DNA from: a virus
Taxonomy: Duplodnaviria; Caudoviricetes
IMG/VR virus record: IMGVR_UViG_3300020044_001825
Coordinates: 1 to 52,860 of that record
Direction: 5' to 3' (one strand)
DNA: 52,860 bases
The notes under the pieces were generated by a model, which did not search any database, had not been told where the DNA came from, and saw only the letters and a program-made list of their open reading frames with translations. Numbering within the stretch: position 1 is the first letter of the stretch; every line of letters starts with the position of its first letter. A program made the translations under genes and the position numbers. Shown here piece by piece: positions 19,501-27,178 of this stretch.

Positions 19501-20127
19501 AACGGATTTCTTGCGACTGTTGGAACAAACGCATATGCCTTTATAACAAACAGTACGGCTAGTGGTAATTACGCTTTAGGAATAAACCGTCAAGCATCCG
19601 ATGGGGCGCTAATTGAATTTAGACAAGCAAACACAGCAGAAGGTAGTATTTCCGTTTCTGGCACAACCGTTTCATATAACGGCGGTAACTTATCTCGTTG
19701 GGCGCAGACTACAGCACCAAAAGATGAATCAATTGTCAAAGGTACAGTTTTGTCTAATCTTGATGAAATGAACGTCTATACAAAAGATGGGCAACCTGTT
19801 GCTAACGAGCAATTAAACAAAGTCAAAGTGTCTGACACAGAAGGCGATGTAAATGTTGCAGGTGTGTTTGTTAACTGGTCACATGATGAGCAACACAATG
19901 TTGACGAAATCAATATGGCAATGACTGGCGACATGATTATCCGCATTGCACAAGGGGTAACTGTTGTTCGTGGTGATTTGCTCATGTCTGCGGGCGATGG
20001 AACTGCAAAACCACAAGGCGATGACATTGTTCGTTCTAAAACTGTTGCAAAAGTAACTTCAAACCATGTTACTTGCACATACGCAGATGGCTCATATTGT
20101 GTGCCGTGTGTGCTGATGGCTTGTTAA
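16597..20127 (+). CDS. Long tail fibre/receptor-binding protein with ~14-aa beta-roll repeats and a putative C-terminal chaperone/autocleavage domain
   Basis: N-terminal PT..NLASGELAINITDGKLYYK anchor, dozens of NTAVGYQA.YSNTTG repeats, C-terminal GDLLMSAGDGTAKPQ domain. Confidence 0.82.
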   Translation: MAATGYTPIQLYYSTTASAVPTAGNLASGELAINITDGKLYYKNNSGTVTLLAGSTGSGPAGGSNTQVQYNSSGILAGSANFTFNGTTVTMANDASISGLTVGRGAGAVASNTAIGASALSANTTGVQNAAFGLNTLAANTTGGYNAAFGPATMQNQTTTSYNSGFGYAVLTSSAGGNNSGFGFAALTANTSGANNVAIGMQALQANTTASSNTAVGYQAAYSNVTGTNLTAIGRGALYNNTADNNTALGKLAGFSNTTGNANVFVGSESSASGFAAGYSNTTGSSNTAIGANALGSNTTADNNTAVGYQSAYSNTTGYQNTAVGRRAGYSNTTGYVNTAVGDLALYSNTTGYRNTAIGYQAGYSITDGTGLVAVGDRALLSNTGNFNTGIGYQALQANTTASNNTAVGYQAGYANTTGYNNSYVGQETGYSGTTAFFNVAIGTSALYTNTTGANNIAIGVSSLVYNTTASNNTAIGFRSGFSNTTGANNLFMGREAGYSNTTASSNTAVGYQAGYSNTTGPYLTALGYRAGYSNTTADQNTFVGFDTGYATTGASNTAMGAFALTANTSGTNNTSVGTGSMLTATTGSWNAAYGRNSLRNQTTGNYNTAVGGDSLYSNTTTSNGTAVGYRALYSNTTGGNTAVGANAGYSATSAAGLVIIGENAGYGITTGGFNVTIGVDSMFATTTGANNIGLGTSALRYNTTGGNNVALGHQALYTSTTASSNTAVGTQALYGNTTGDESVAVGMQALYSQTTGRNTAVGYHAGLDVTTGTYNTLVGGETGENITTGGFNVAVGTFSMRLTTTAESNTAVGYQSLYSNTISTANTAFGYQSLYAYNRTADSTGRNAAFGYHSLKSLTTAQENAAFGTFAGFSVTTGNGNTLIGEEAGYALTTGIQNTYVGIASGNLMTTGSYNTILGRYSGNAGGLDIRTASNYIVLSDGAGNPRGFFDNNGSFFVGKTQEDGTQNGFLATVGTNAYAFITNSTASGNYALGINRQASDGALIEFRQANTAEGSISVSGTTVSYNGGNLSRWAQTTAPKDESIVKGTVLSNLDEMNVYTKDGQPVANEQLNKVKVSDTEGDVNVAGVFVNWSHDEQHNVDEINMAMTGDMIIRIAQGVTVVRGDLLMSAGDGTAKPQGDDIVRSKTVAKVTSNHVTCTYADGSYCVPCVLMAC
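16930..19370 (+). repeat. Degenerate coding tandem repeats (~42 bp/14 aa, NTAVGYQA.YSNTTG)
   Basis: Directly visible in the translation; boundaries approximate. Confidence 0.85.
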
Positions 20128-20151
20128 TTTTTAAACCCAAAAAGGAAAACC

Positions 20152-20373
20152 ATGACTATTGAAACACAAACCCCATCCGCAGAACAAATTGCACAGCACT
20201 ACAGTGCCGCAATGGACTCAGTAAACCTGATTAACGCAGGACAACCTGAACTTATGTCTGACGAAGATTGGGCAGACACTGTTGCTCGTAACAAAGAGCA
20301 TCTGAAAATTATGCTCGCAAAAGACTTCTGGACTACCGAAAACCTTGCTCCCCTGCAAGCGGCTTCGGCATAA
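20152..20373 (+). CDS. Small tail-fibre-associated protein
   Basis: 73 aa with AAGGA RBS, directly after the fibre gene. Confidence 0.7.
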   Translation: MTIETQTPSAEQIAQHYSAAMDSVNLINAGQPELMSDEDWADTVARNKEHLKIMLAKDFWTTENLAPLQAASA

Positions 20374-20401
20374 CGGGAAGCCACCACCCGATCTTGGTGG
20401 C
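20374..20401 (+). promoter_or_regulatory. Predicted H-type RNA pseudoknot
   Basis: CGGG 20374-77 pairs with CCCG 20387-90. GCCACCA 20380-86 pairs with TGGTGGC 20395-401. Confidence 0.5.
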
Positions 20402-20419
20402 ACATTAAAAGGAAACATC

Positions 20420-20650
20420 ATGGGAAACGAAAAAAAGACCCCTGTGACAATCGACGGTGTAGAGTACAAGTTTGAAGACATGACACAGCAACAGCAGATG
20501 TTGCTCAACCATGTCGCTGACTTGGATCGCAAACTCGACTCGGCTAGATTCAACGTGGATCAACTTCAGGTGGGTAGAGATGCCTTCTTCAACATGTTGA
20601 AAAGCGCGTTAGAAGCTAAACCAGAGGTAACTGACGTAGCGGTGCAATAA
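20420..20650 (+). CDS. Small coiled-coil protein, possible fibre assembly chaperone
   Basis: ATG at 20420 after AAGGA. VTIDGVEY followed by a coiled coil. Confidence 0.7.
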   Translation: MGNEKKTPVTIDGVEYKFEDMTQQQQMLLNHVADLDRKLDSARFNVDQLQVGRDAFFNMLKSALEAKPEVTDVAVQ

Positions 20651-20844
20651 TGGAATCAGTAGATACTCGATTGGCGGTTCACGAGGCTGTCTGCACGGAG
20701 CGCTATCGCTCTATTCAGGACGCGCTTGATCGTGGAAAAGACCGTATGAAAACGATCGAGTATCTACTTTACATTGTGATTGCGGCGGTTTTATTTGGTC
20801 CAGGAGTTGCCGGAGAGTTTGTTAAAAAGATTCTAGGTTTGTGA
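20650..20844 (+). CDS. Small membrane protein (coiled coil plus C-terminal TM), holin/XhlA-like
   Basis: RLAVHEAVCTERY then hydrophobic YLLYIVIAAVLFG; first gene of the lysis region. Confidence 0.6.
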   Translation: MESVDTRLAVHEAVCTERYRSIQDALDRGKDRMKTIEYLLYIVIAAVLFGPGVAGEFVKKILGL

Positions 20845-20856
20845 GATCGGTAATGG

Positions 20857-21000
20857 ATGTATTGGCTTCTTTTACCGTTGGCGCTGTTAACAGGAACTAC
20901 AGAAAAAGTTGAATACCGCTGTGTGCGGTGGACTTGGACGGGAGATGTTTATAACCGCAAAGTTGTTTGCCTGCAGTGGGAAAAGGTTGTACGGAAATGA
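20857..21000 (+). CDS. Small exported peptide, 47 aa (MYWLLLPLALL...YRCVRWTWTGDVYNRKVVCLQW...)
   Basis: Translated by hand. Hydrophobic N-terminus, two Cys, ATGA overlap with the next gene. Confidence 0.6.
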   Translation: MYWLLLPLALLTGTTEKVEYRCVRWTWTGDVYNRKVVCLQWEKVVRK

Positions 21001-21491
21001 TTGATCCTGTTACCGCATTAGCGGGTCTTCAAAGCGCTATAGGGCTTGTCAAGAAGGCGGCGCAGGTTGCGAATGACCTCGGCGGTTTAGGGGTCATGGT
21101 TGGGCGTATGTTTGACGCTAAGAGCGTTGCAAGTAAAGCAATGGTTGAAGCTAAGCGGTCAGGCAATAAGTCTAATTTTGCATTGGCGATGCAAATAGAA
21201 AACACGTTGATGCAGACAGCCAAATTAGAGGCTGAGTTGCAGATGCTCTACATGCAGACCGGCAACATAGACGTCTGGAATAAAATTAAAGCGCGGGCGG
21301 CTGAGATGGACAGAGACGACGCTATCGCTGCTAGACAAGCTAAAGAGGAAGAAAAACGCCGTAAAGAAAAAGCACAAGAAGAACTCGAAATAGCGGCTGG
21401 TCTCACCGCCGGTGCTTTTGTTTTGATGATGTTTGCGTTTGGCTTGTACGAATTGTTTGAATTTTGTGCTGTCAACAGGTGTGGGCGGTGA
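20997..21491 (+). CDS. Membrane-anchored coiled-coil protein
   Basis: MIDPVTALA start at 20997; C-terminal TM helix. Confidence 0.7.
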   Translation: MIDPVTALAGLQSAIGLVKKAAQVANDLGGLGVMVGRMFDAKSVASKAMVEAKRSGNKSNFALAMQIENTLMQTAKLEAELQMLYMQTGNIDVWNKIKARAAEMDRDDAIAARQAKEEEKRRKEKAQEELEIAAGLTAGAFVLMMFAFGLYELFEFCAVNRCGR

Positions 21492-21625
21492 ATGAATACC
21501 AGAAACAGTTTGATTTGTTTCTTAAGATTTTCGTCAGACTTTGTGTGGCGTGGTGGGTGCTTGGACTGCTCCGCTTTTTGCCTGACGACGTTGCCAAAAA
21601 AGTACTTGGAATGTTTGGACTATGA
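21488..21625 (+). CDS. Small membrane protein, 45 aa
   Basis: Translated by hand (GTG start). One TM segment, 4-nt overlaps on both sides. Confidence 0.6.
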   Translation: MNEYQKQFDLFLKIFVRLCVAWWVLGLLRFLPDDVAKKVLGMFGL

Positions 21626-22233
21626 GTGATGAAAAGCCAGCAGATGTATTGAGCAAAGTGTTGTCCTATGTGGATAGCCCATTCAAGCTGTTTGCGCTAA
21701 TCCTCATGGCAGTGTTTGCGTTTTCTGGGTACTTTGTCTGGCAAAACCAAGAATTGTTGATGGGCGCGTACAAAGAGTCGAAAAGAATGCCAAGCATTGT
21801 TGAGGACAGAGTAGAAGACGCTGTTGCTCACTTACTCAAAACCACCAACGCTACCGTTGTTGCTGTGTTCAAAGTGAATCCAATGTTTGGAACTCGAGTG
21901 CTGTACCGCGCTTACACTAAAGAAGGTCGAGACAAAGTCAACGATGGGCTAGATGTGGGCTTGTTTACTCAGAACTCAGCCAATAACGCTGATGTGGTCA
22001 GGCTGATGGCTAGCGAGATTCCTTGCGGCGAATACAAGTCAGCGCAATCCGAGATGGGTTTATGGTACATCGCCAAAGGGGTTACCTACACTTGCCGAGT
22101 CAGCATTCCACCTGACCCAAGCCGATTCGTAGGTCAGATTACGGTGGGTTGGGATAATGAGCCAGCCGACATTCAGGTAGCAAGAACCATGATGGAAATC
22201 GCAGCAACTATGCTTTCAAGGAGCAAACAATAA
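21622..22233 (+). CDS. Single-TM protein with a soluble alpha/beta domain, upstream of the endolysin
   Basis: TM FKLFALILMAVFAFSGYFVW followed by a ~160-aa domain with two Cys. Confidence 0.65.
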   Translation: MSDEKPADVLSKVLSYVDSPFKLFALILMAVFAFSGYFVWQNQELLMGAYKESKRMPSIVEDRVEDAVAHLLKTTNATVVAVFKVNPMFGTRVLYRAYTKEGRDKVNDGLDVGLFTQNSANNADVVRLMASEIPCGEYKSAQSEMGLWYIAKGVTYTCRVSIPPDPSRFVGQITVGWDNEPADIQVARTMMEIAATMLSRSKQ

Positions 22234-22748
22234 TGGCTCAGTTTGAACCAGCTTTTGAGCAGATGATTAGAGACGAGGGTGGTTACGTCCTCCACGAAAT
22301 TTTTGGCGACACAGGTGGTATGACTTACGCCGGTATTGCCCGTAACAAAAACCCGCAGTGGAACGGCTGGGCGCTCGTAGACAAGAAAGAGTTCGGCGGC
22401 TCACTTACCCCCATGGTGCGTGAGTTTTACCGTGTTGAGTTCTGGGACAAGATGCGTGGTAACGAGATCGCTAATCAAGATGTAGCAAATTCTATCTTCA
22501 ACTTCGGCGTAAACGCAGGTATGGGTATGGCGGTCAAGCTGGCTCAGCTGGTCGTGGGTGCTACCCCTGACGGCGGTATCGGCGCTAAGACCGTAGAAAA
22601 ACTGAACCAAATCACAGACGGACAACGCTTCAAAGAATCTTACGCTCTGGCTAAGATCGCTCGTTATGTTGAAATATGCAATAAGAACCCCGTGCAGGTC
22701 AAATTCCTCAAGGGTTGGATTAACCGCACATTGAAAGGTTTAGCATGA
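22233..22748 (+). CDS. Endolysin, glycoside hydrolase family 108 with peptidoglycan-binding C-terminus
   Basis: EGGYV...DTGGMTYAGI catalytic motif, FNFGVNAG, DGGIGAKT, FLKGWINR. Confidence 0.9.
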   Translation: MAQFEPAFEQMIRDEGGYVLHEIFGDTGGMTYAGIARNKNPQWNGWALVDKKEFGGSLTPMVREFYRVEFWDKMRGNEIANQDVANSIFNFGVNAGMGMAVKLAQLVVGATPDGGIGAKTVEKLNQITDGQRFKESYALAKIARYVEICNKNPVQVKFLKGWINRTLKGLA

Positions 22749-23182
22749 GCTTGCTAGCTGTTGGGTCAATCATTGAAGCCGTAGGTAAAGTTGCTGGCGA
22801 CTTGATCACCACTGACAAAGAAAAGATGGAGATGGAGATCGAGCAACGTAAGCTAGATCTTGAAGAAAAGCGCATCGATCAAGCTACAGACCTTGCTCAG
22901 ATTGAAGTCAACAAGATTGAAGCCGCGTCTTCTAGTGTGTTCGTTTCCGGCTGGCGACCCGCTATCGGCTGGATCGGCGTAGCGGCTATGGCGTATCAGT
23001 TCCTGCTCTACCCGCTGTTTCAGTGGGCGTGGAAATACTTACAAGCTATGGGTTGGGTTCCAGTCGGTATGGATCCCCCGCCGGTGCTTGAAGCAGACCA
23101 ACTTTGGGTGATATTGTCAGGCATTTTGGGTATCGCGGGTATGCGCTCTTTTGAGAAGACCAAAGGCGTCGCAAGTAAGTGA
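22745..23182 (+). CDS. Holin of the 3TM/GTA-type family
   Basis: QIEVNKIEA...FVSGWRPAIGW...LGIAGMRSFEK signature, next to the endolysin. Confidence 0.85.
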   Translation: MSLLAVGSIIEAVGKVAGDLITTDKEKMEMEIEQRKLDLEEKRIDQATDLAQIEVNKIEAASSSVFVSGWRPAIGWIGVAAMAYQFLLYPLFQWAWKYLQAMGWVPVGMDPPPVLEADQLWVILSGILGIAGMRSFEKTKGVASK

Positions 23183-23192
23183 GACATTTAGT

Positions 23193-23222
23193 TTGCCTTG
23201 AAACTTGTTTCAAGGTTATAAT
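23193..23222 (+). promoter_or_regulatory. Sigma70-like promoter TTGCCT-18-TATAAT with a 9-bp inverted repeat across the -35 box and spacer
   Basis: CCTTGAAAC 23196-204, TT, GTTTCAAGG 23207-215. Confidence 0.7.
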
Positions 23223-23272
23223 TCATCAAAACGGCGCATGCTGAATCAGCTGCTAATACCCATGGAGTATTT

Positions 23273-23905
23273 ATGAGCTATAGCATGACGTACGACAGTT
23301 TGCTGGTGGACGTGCGTCGCTACCTTGAACGTGGTTTCACGCAAGAGAGCGACCAAATCGTTTACGACCAGCTACCTCGCCTAATTACATTAGGTGAGCG
23401 CCGTATCGCCCGCGAACTTAAAATTCAGGGGTTCATCCGCGCCGTGTCAACCCCTCTGTCAATCGGCGTTGCTGTGTATTTGAAGCCCGACCGATGGCGC
23501 GACACAATCAGCATGACGGTCAACGGCTCGCCTATTTTCGCTCGTTCCTACGAGTATTGCCGCAGTTATTGGCCTAACGAAGCCCAGACCGCTGCTCCGC
23601 AGTTTTACGCCGACTACGACTATCAGCACTGGCTGATTACCCCGACACCCATAGCAGCGCAGACCCTTGAAATTCTGTACTACGAGCAGCCCGCCCTGCT
23701 AGGTGATGACTTACAAACGAACTGGCTTACCGAGTATGCACCTGATGTGCTGCTGTACGCAACCTTGCTCGAGGCGACTCCGTTCCTCAAGAAAGACGAG
23801 CGTATTCAGACTTGGCAAGTCATGTATGACCGTGCGGCTCAGGCGCTGAATGGCGAAGACTTGAAGCGTATCATGGATCGCACAGCTAACAGGAGTGAAG
23901 CGTAA
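23273..23905 (+). CDS. Putative tail adaptor protein (P22 gp4/tubular A-like)
   Basis: ITLGERRIARELK, PTP, TNWLTEYAPDVLLYATLLEATPFLK pattern common in podovirus adaptors. Confidence 0.65.
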   Translation: MSYSMTYDSLLVDVRRYLERGFTQESDQIVYDQLPRLITLGERRIARELKIQGFIRAVSTPLSIGVAVYLKPDRWRDTISMTVNGSPIFARSYEYCRSYWPNEAQTAAPQFYADYDYQHWLITPTPIAAQTLEILYYEQPALLGDDLQTNWLTEYAPDVLLYATLLEATPFLKKDERIQTWQVMYDRAAQALNGEDLKRIMDRTANRSEA

Positions 23906-25107
23906 TGCCTATCTATACCGATGTCTTTGGTGGAGCAAACATCTACCCGAGCGAAATCAGTTACAGCGCCATTGCGCTTTCTACCGATGTTACGCTGAGT
24001 TGGCCAGAGGAAACCTCTACTAACACCAACCTAGCAACGCGCATCATCGATGTAACTGCTTCTACCTCGAACCTGTCAATCTTCCTGCCAGATGCGCAGA
24101 AGAGCGGCACAGGTAACACTATCCTATTTAACAATCAAGGTGCTAACACTTTCATAGTTAAGAATGCGGGTGGTACGCAGATTGTTTCTATTGCTGCCGG
24201 TACAGTTTGGCAAGTCTATTTGACAAGCAACGCCACTACGAATGGTTTGTGGGAGACGCTTCAGTTTGGCGCTACAGTTTCCGTTGCCAATGCTTCTGCC
24301 CTTGCCGGCACTGGTATCGTGGCGGTCGGAACGCTGTTGTCTCAGTCTGTGCCGATCACGCTGTTCAATTCAAACTACATAGCGGGCGATACAGACCGCG
24401 CAAAGATGTACGTATGGAACGGCTTAGGCTCAGGCACTTTGACGCTTCCTAGTGCTCCTACGGTCGGTAACAACTGGTTCATGTACCTGCGCAACGCGGG
24501 TGGCGGACAGGTTACAGTCTCAGCTTCCGGTCTCGCTACGATTGACGGGTTGGCGAGTAAGAACTATCAGCCAAGTGATTCGTCAGTGCTGATCAGTGAC
24601 GGTACCAATTACTACACCCTCGGTTTCGGGCAGTCTTCTGTTTTTGTTTTTGACTATACGGTTATCAGCATTGCCGGTACTGGCACCTACACGCTAGCTG
24701 GGTCAGAGCTGAATCGTATCGTTTACAAATTTACGGGCGCTTTGACCGGAAACCGAACTGTGGTTGTTCCTGCTACTGTGCAGCAGTATTGGGTTGACAA
24801 CGCTACGACCGGCGCGTATACGCTAACTGTCAAAACCTCTGCCGGAACAGGTGTCGTCGTCAACCAAGGTGCTAGGGGTATTTATTACTGCGACGGCACT
24901 GACGTGGTAGACGCTGACACGGCTACCGTCAGCTTCCCGATTTCAATACCTCAGGGTGGTACGGGAGCTACAACGGCGGGTGGCGCTTTGATCAACTTCG
25001 GCGGCACTTCAACCGGTATCTCAATTTTTACAGCAGCTGACCAGCAAGCCGCTTGGACGGCTCTGGGTATCGCACCTGCTGGCGTCGTTGTTGGTGGGAC
25101 ATTCTGA
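23905..25107 (+). CDS. Tail/fibre-attachment protein
   Basis: Beta-rich, TLTLPSA and FTGALTGNRTVVVP motifs. Ends in GGTF. Confidence 0.6.
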   Translation: MPIYTDVFGGANIYPSEISYSAIALSTDVTLSWPEETSTNTNLATRIIDVTASTSNLSIFLPDAQKSGTGNTILFNNQGANTFIVKNAGGTQIVSIAAGTVWQVYLTSNATTNGLWETLQFGATVSVANASALAGTGIVAVGTLLSQSVPITLFNSNYIAGDTDRAKMYVWNGLGSGTLTLPSAPTVGNNWFMYLRNAGGGQVTVSASGLATIDGLASKNYQPSDSSVLISDGTNYYTLGFGQSSVFVFDYTVISIAGTGTYTLAGSELNRIVYKFTGALTGNRTVVVPATVQQYWVDNATTGAYTLTVKTSAGTGVVVNQGARGIYYCDGTDVVDADTATVSFPISIPQGGTGATTAGGALINFGGTSTGISIFTAADQQAAWTALGIAPAGVVVGGTF

Positions 25108-26942
25108 TGCCTTCAACCACAATAGTCCTGAAATCTCTCGCCGGTATTAAGCGAGACGGTACTAGGTACGATGGTGACTTTTACATTGACGGACAGTGGG
25201 TCAGGTTTCAGCGCGGACTGCCGAGAAAAATCGGCGGGTATCGCTCAATCAGCAAATACTTAGCTGAGATTTCTAGGGGCTTCAACAGCTTTACGCAGCA
25301 GAGTTTACAGTACTGCCACTCAGCGGGTTCATCAGCGATTGAGCGCTTTACTATTGACGCAACTAAGAACAGTTCAATCGTCACCAACCGCAATCCGGTA
25401 GCGGTCGCCGCGACTGGGACAGTTACTTTGACCGGCGGTGCTGGCGGCTCAGTTAACAATGTCACAGTCAATGGTGTTACGATTACATCGGGCGGTGTTC
25501 TTTTTACGGTAGATTTAGCAACGACCGCAACCGCTGTCGCGGCGAATATCACCGCTTACACATCTTCACCGAACTACACTGCCGTTGCGGTGGGTCCGGT
25601 AATTACAATCACGGCTTCTAACGCTGGTCAAAGCCCTAACGGATTTGTCGTCGCTACTAACACGACTACCATCACGGCTACAACGACCAACATGGGTGGC
25701 GGCTTGAACGCCATTACTGTTAGCCCGTACAACCAGTGGATGTTTCAAACTGCGTACGACGCTTCTACCACGTACAACTCAATCATTGCGCACGTAGCCC
25801 CCAACTTGCAGTGTGTCTGTAATGACACCGGCGGTCAGATTTTCTACGGCGACGTCTTAGGAACTGCGCCGCTAGTAGACATCCCCCTGCCCGCAGGCGC
25901 TAACGCCACGGGCGGTATCGTGATGTTGTTCCCTTACCTGTTTTACTACGGCACTGCGGGTATTGTGGGCTGGTCGGTTGCCGGCGACTTTACTGATCTG
26001 AGCGGTATGGGTTCAGGGATAGCGCGTGTTTGGGGTCAAAAGATCATCAAAGGTATGCCGCTACGCGCTGGCTCAGGTTCAGCGCCAGCAGGGTTGTTCT
26101 GGGCTTACGACGCGGTCATCCGCGCAACCTTCACCGGCGGCGCTACTGTGTTTCAGTTTGACACGATCGCGACAGACACCTCAATCATGTCGCCCGACTG
26201 TGTAGTTGACTACGATGGCGTGTTTTTCTGGTGCGGAGTTGACCGCTTCTTGATGTTCAACGGCGTGGTGCGCGAAGTGCCTAACCAGCTGAATCTGAAT
26301 TATTTCTTTGACAACGTCAATCCGAACCACCGCTCTAAAGTGTTCGCATTTAAAGTGCCGCACTTTGGAGAGATCTGGTGGTGCTACCCTAAAGGTGACG
26401 CTACAGAGTGCACGCACGCGATCATTTACAATGTTCGTGAGAACTCTTGGTATGACACAGCGCTACCCGATTCAGGACGCGCCTCCGGCGGGTACAACAA
26501 CGGCTTTGCCGCGCCCCTGTTGACAGATTGCATTCCTACGGCGAGCGGCTATCGCGTCTGGATTCACGAGCAGGGTGTTGACAATATTGACGGCCAATCA
26601 GTCCTGCCGATTCAATCTTACTTTGAAACCGCCGACCTGTCATCATTACCTCAGGGTAAAAATGAGTATTTGCGGATCACAGAGATTGAACCTGACTTTA
26701 TTCAAAACGGCTCTATGTCTGTGCAAATCACAGGTCGTGCCAACGCTAGAGCGCCTGAAGTTTACAGCAGCGAATTTACATTCCCTGAGACTGCCAGCGA
26801 ACCTTACCAGCAGATCGTCATGCTCAAAGAACAGCGCCGCGAGTTGCGCGCACGCTTTGAATCAAACACGATCGGCGGCGATTACCAGATGGGTCAGATC
26901 ATTGCGCACGTTGACACGGGCGACAGGACGGTGCTCGGATGA
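25107..26942 (+). CDS. Tail tube/nozzle protein (P22 gp10/tubular B-like beta-propeller)
   Basis: ATG at 25107 (TGATG overlap). WVRFQRGLPRKIGG, FGEIWWCYP, IIYNVRENSW. Confidence 0.65.
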   Translation: MPSTTIVLKSLAGIKRDGTRYDGDFYIDGQWVRFQRGLPRKIGGYRSISKYLAEISRGFNSFTQQSLQYCHSAGSSAIERFTIDATKNSSIVTNRNPVAVAATGTVTLTGGAGGSVNNVTVNGVTITSGGVLFTVDLATTATAVAANITAYTSSPNYTAVAVGPVITITASNAGQSPNGFVVATNTTTITATTTNMGGGLNAITVSPYNQWMFQTAYDASTTYNSIIAHVAPNLQCVCNDTGGQIFYGDVLGTAPLVDIPLPAGANATGGIVMLFPYLFYYGTAGIVGWSVAGDFTDLSGMGSGIARVWGQKIIKGMPLRAGSGSAPAGLFWAYDAVIRATFTGGATVFQFDTIATDTSIMSPDCVVDYDGVFFWCGVDRFLMFNGVVREVPNQLNLNYFFDNVNPNHRSKVFAFKVPHFGEIWWCYPKGDATECTHAIIYNVRENSWYDTALPDSGRASGGYNNGFAAPLLTDCIPTASGYRVWIHEQGVDNIDGQSVLPIQSYFETADLSSLPQGKNEYLRITEIEPDFIQNGSMSVQITGRANARAPEVYSSEFTFPETASEPYQQIVMLKEQRRELRARFESNTIGGDYQMGQIIAHVDTGDRTVLG

Positions 26943-27166
26943 CCACGATCACGCGCCCCTCCTACATGTCGCTACACGACTGGGCTGACCAGATCGCGCT
27001 CGACTTGGACAGCTATGGCGCACTTAGTCGCTTGGACGGCGATGACTGGCAGAACTGGGCTATGCAGTTTTTAAACAATACTTCGCTAGGTAGAAACTTC
27101 CCTCTACCTTACGATTTTGATGATTGGCGTGACTGGGCTGAGCGGTTCGCTCAGTCGTTGTCTTAA
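26939..27166 (+). CDS. Small Trp-rich hypothetical protein
   Basis: 75 aa, ATGA-coupled. Confidence 0.65.
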   Translation: MTTITRPSYMSLHDWADQIALDLDSYGALSRLDGDDWQNWAMQFLNNTSLGRNFPLPYDFDDWRDWAERFAQSLS

Positions 27167-27178
27167 TTGGAGTGACAA

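Noticed and set aside
16597-20127. Diversity-generating retroelement target in the fibre
   Set aside because: No reverse transcriptase and no template/variable repeat pair differing at adenines were seen. The repeats are ordinary coding repeats.
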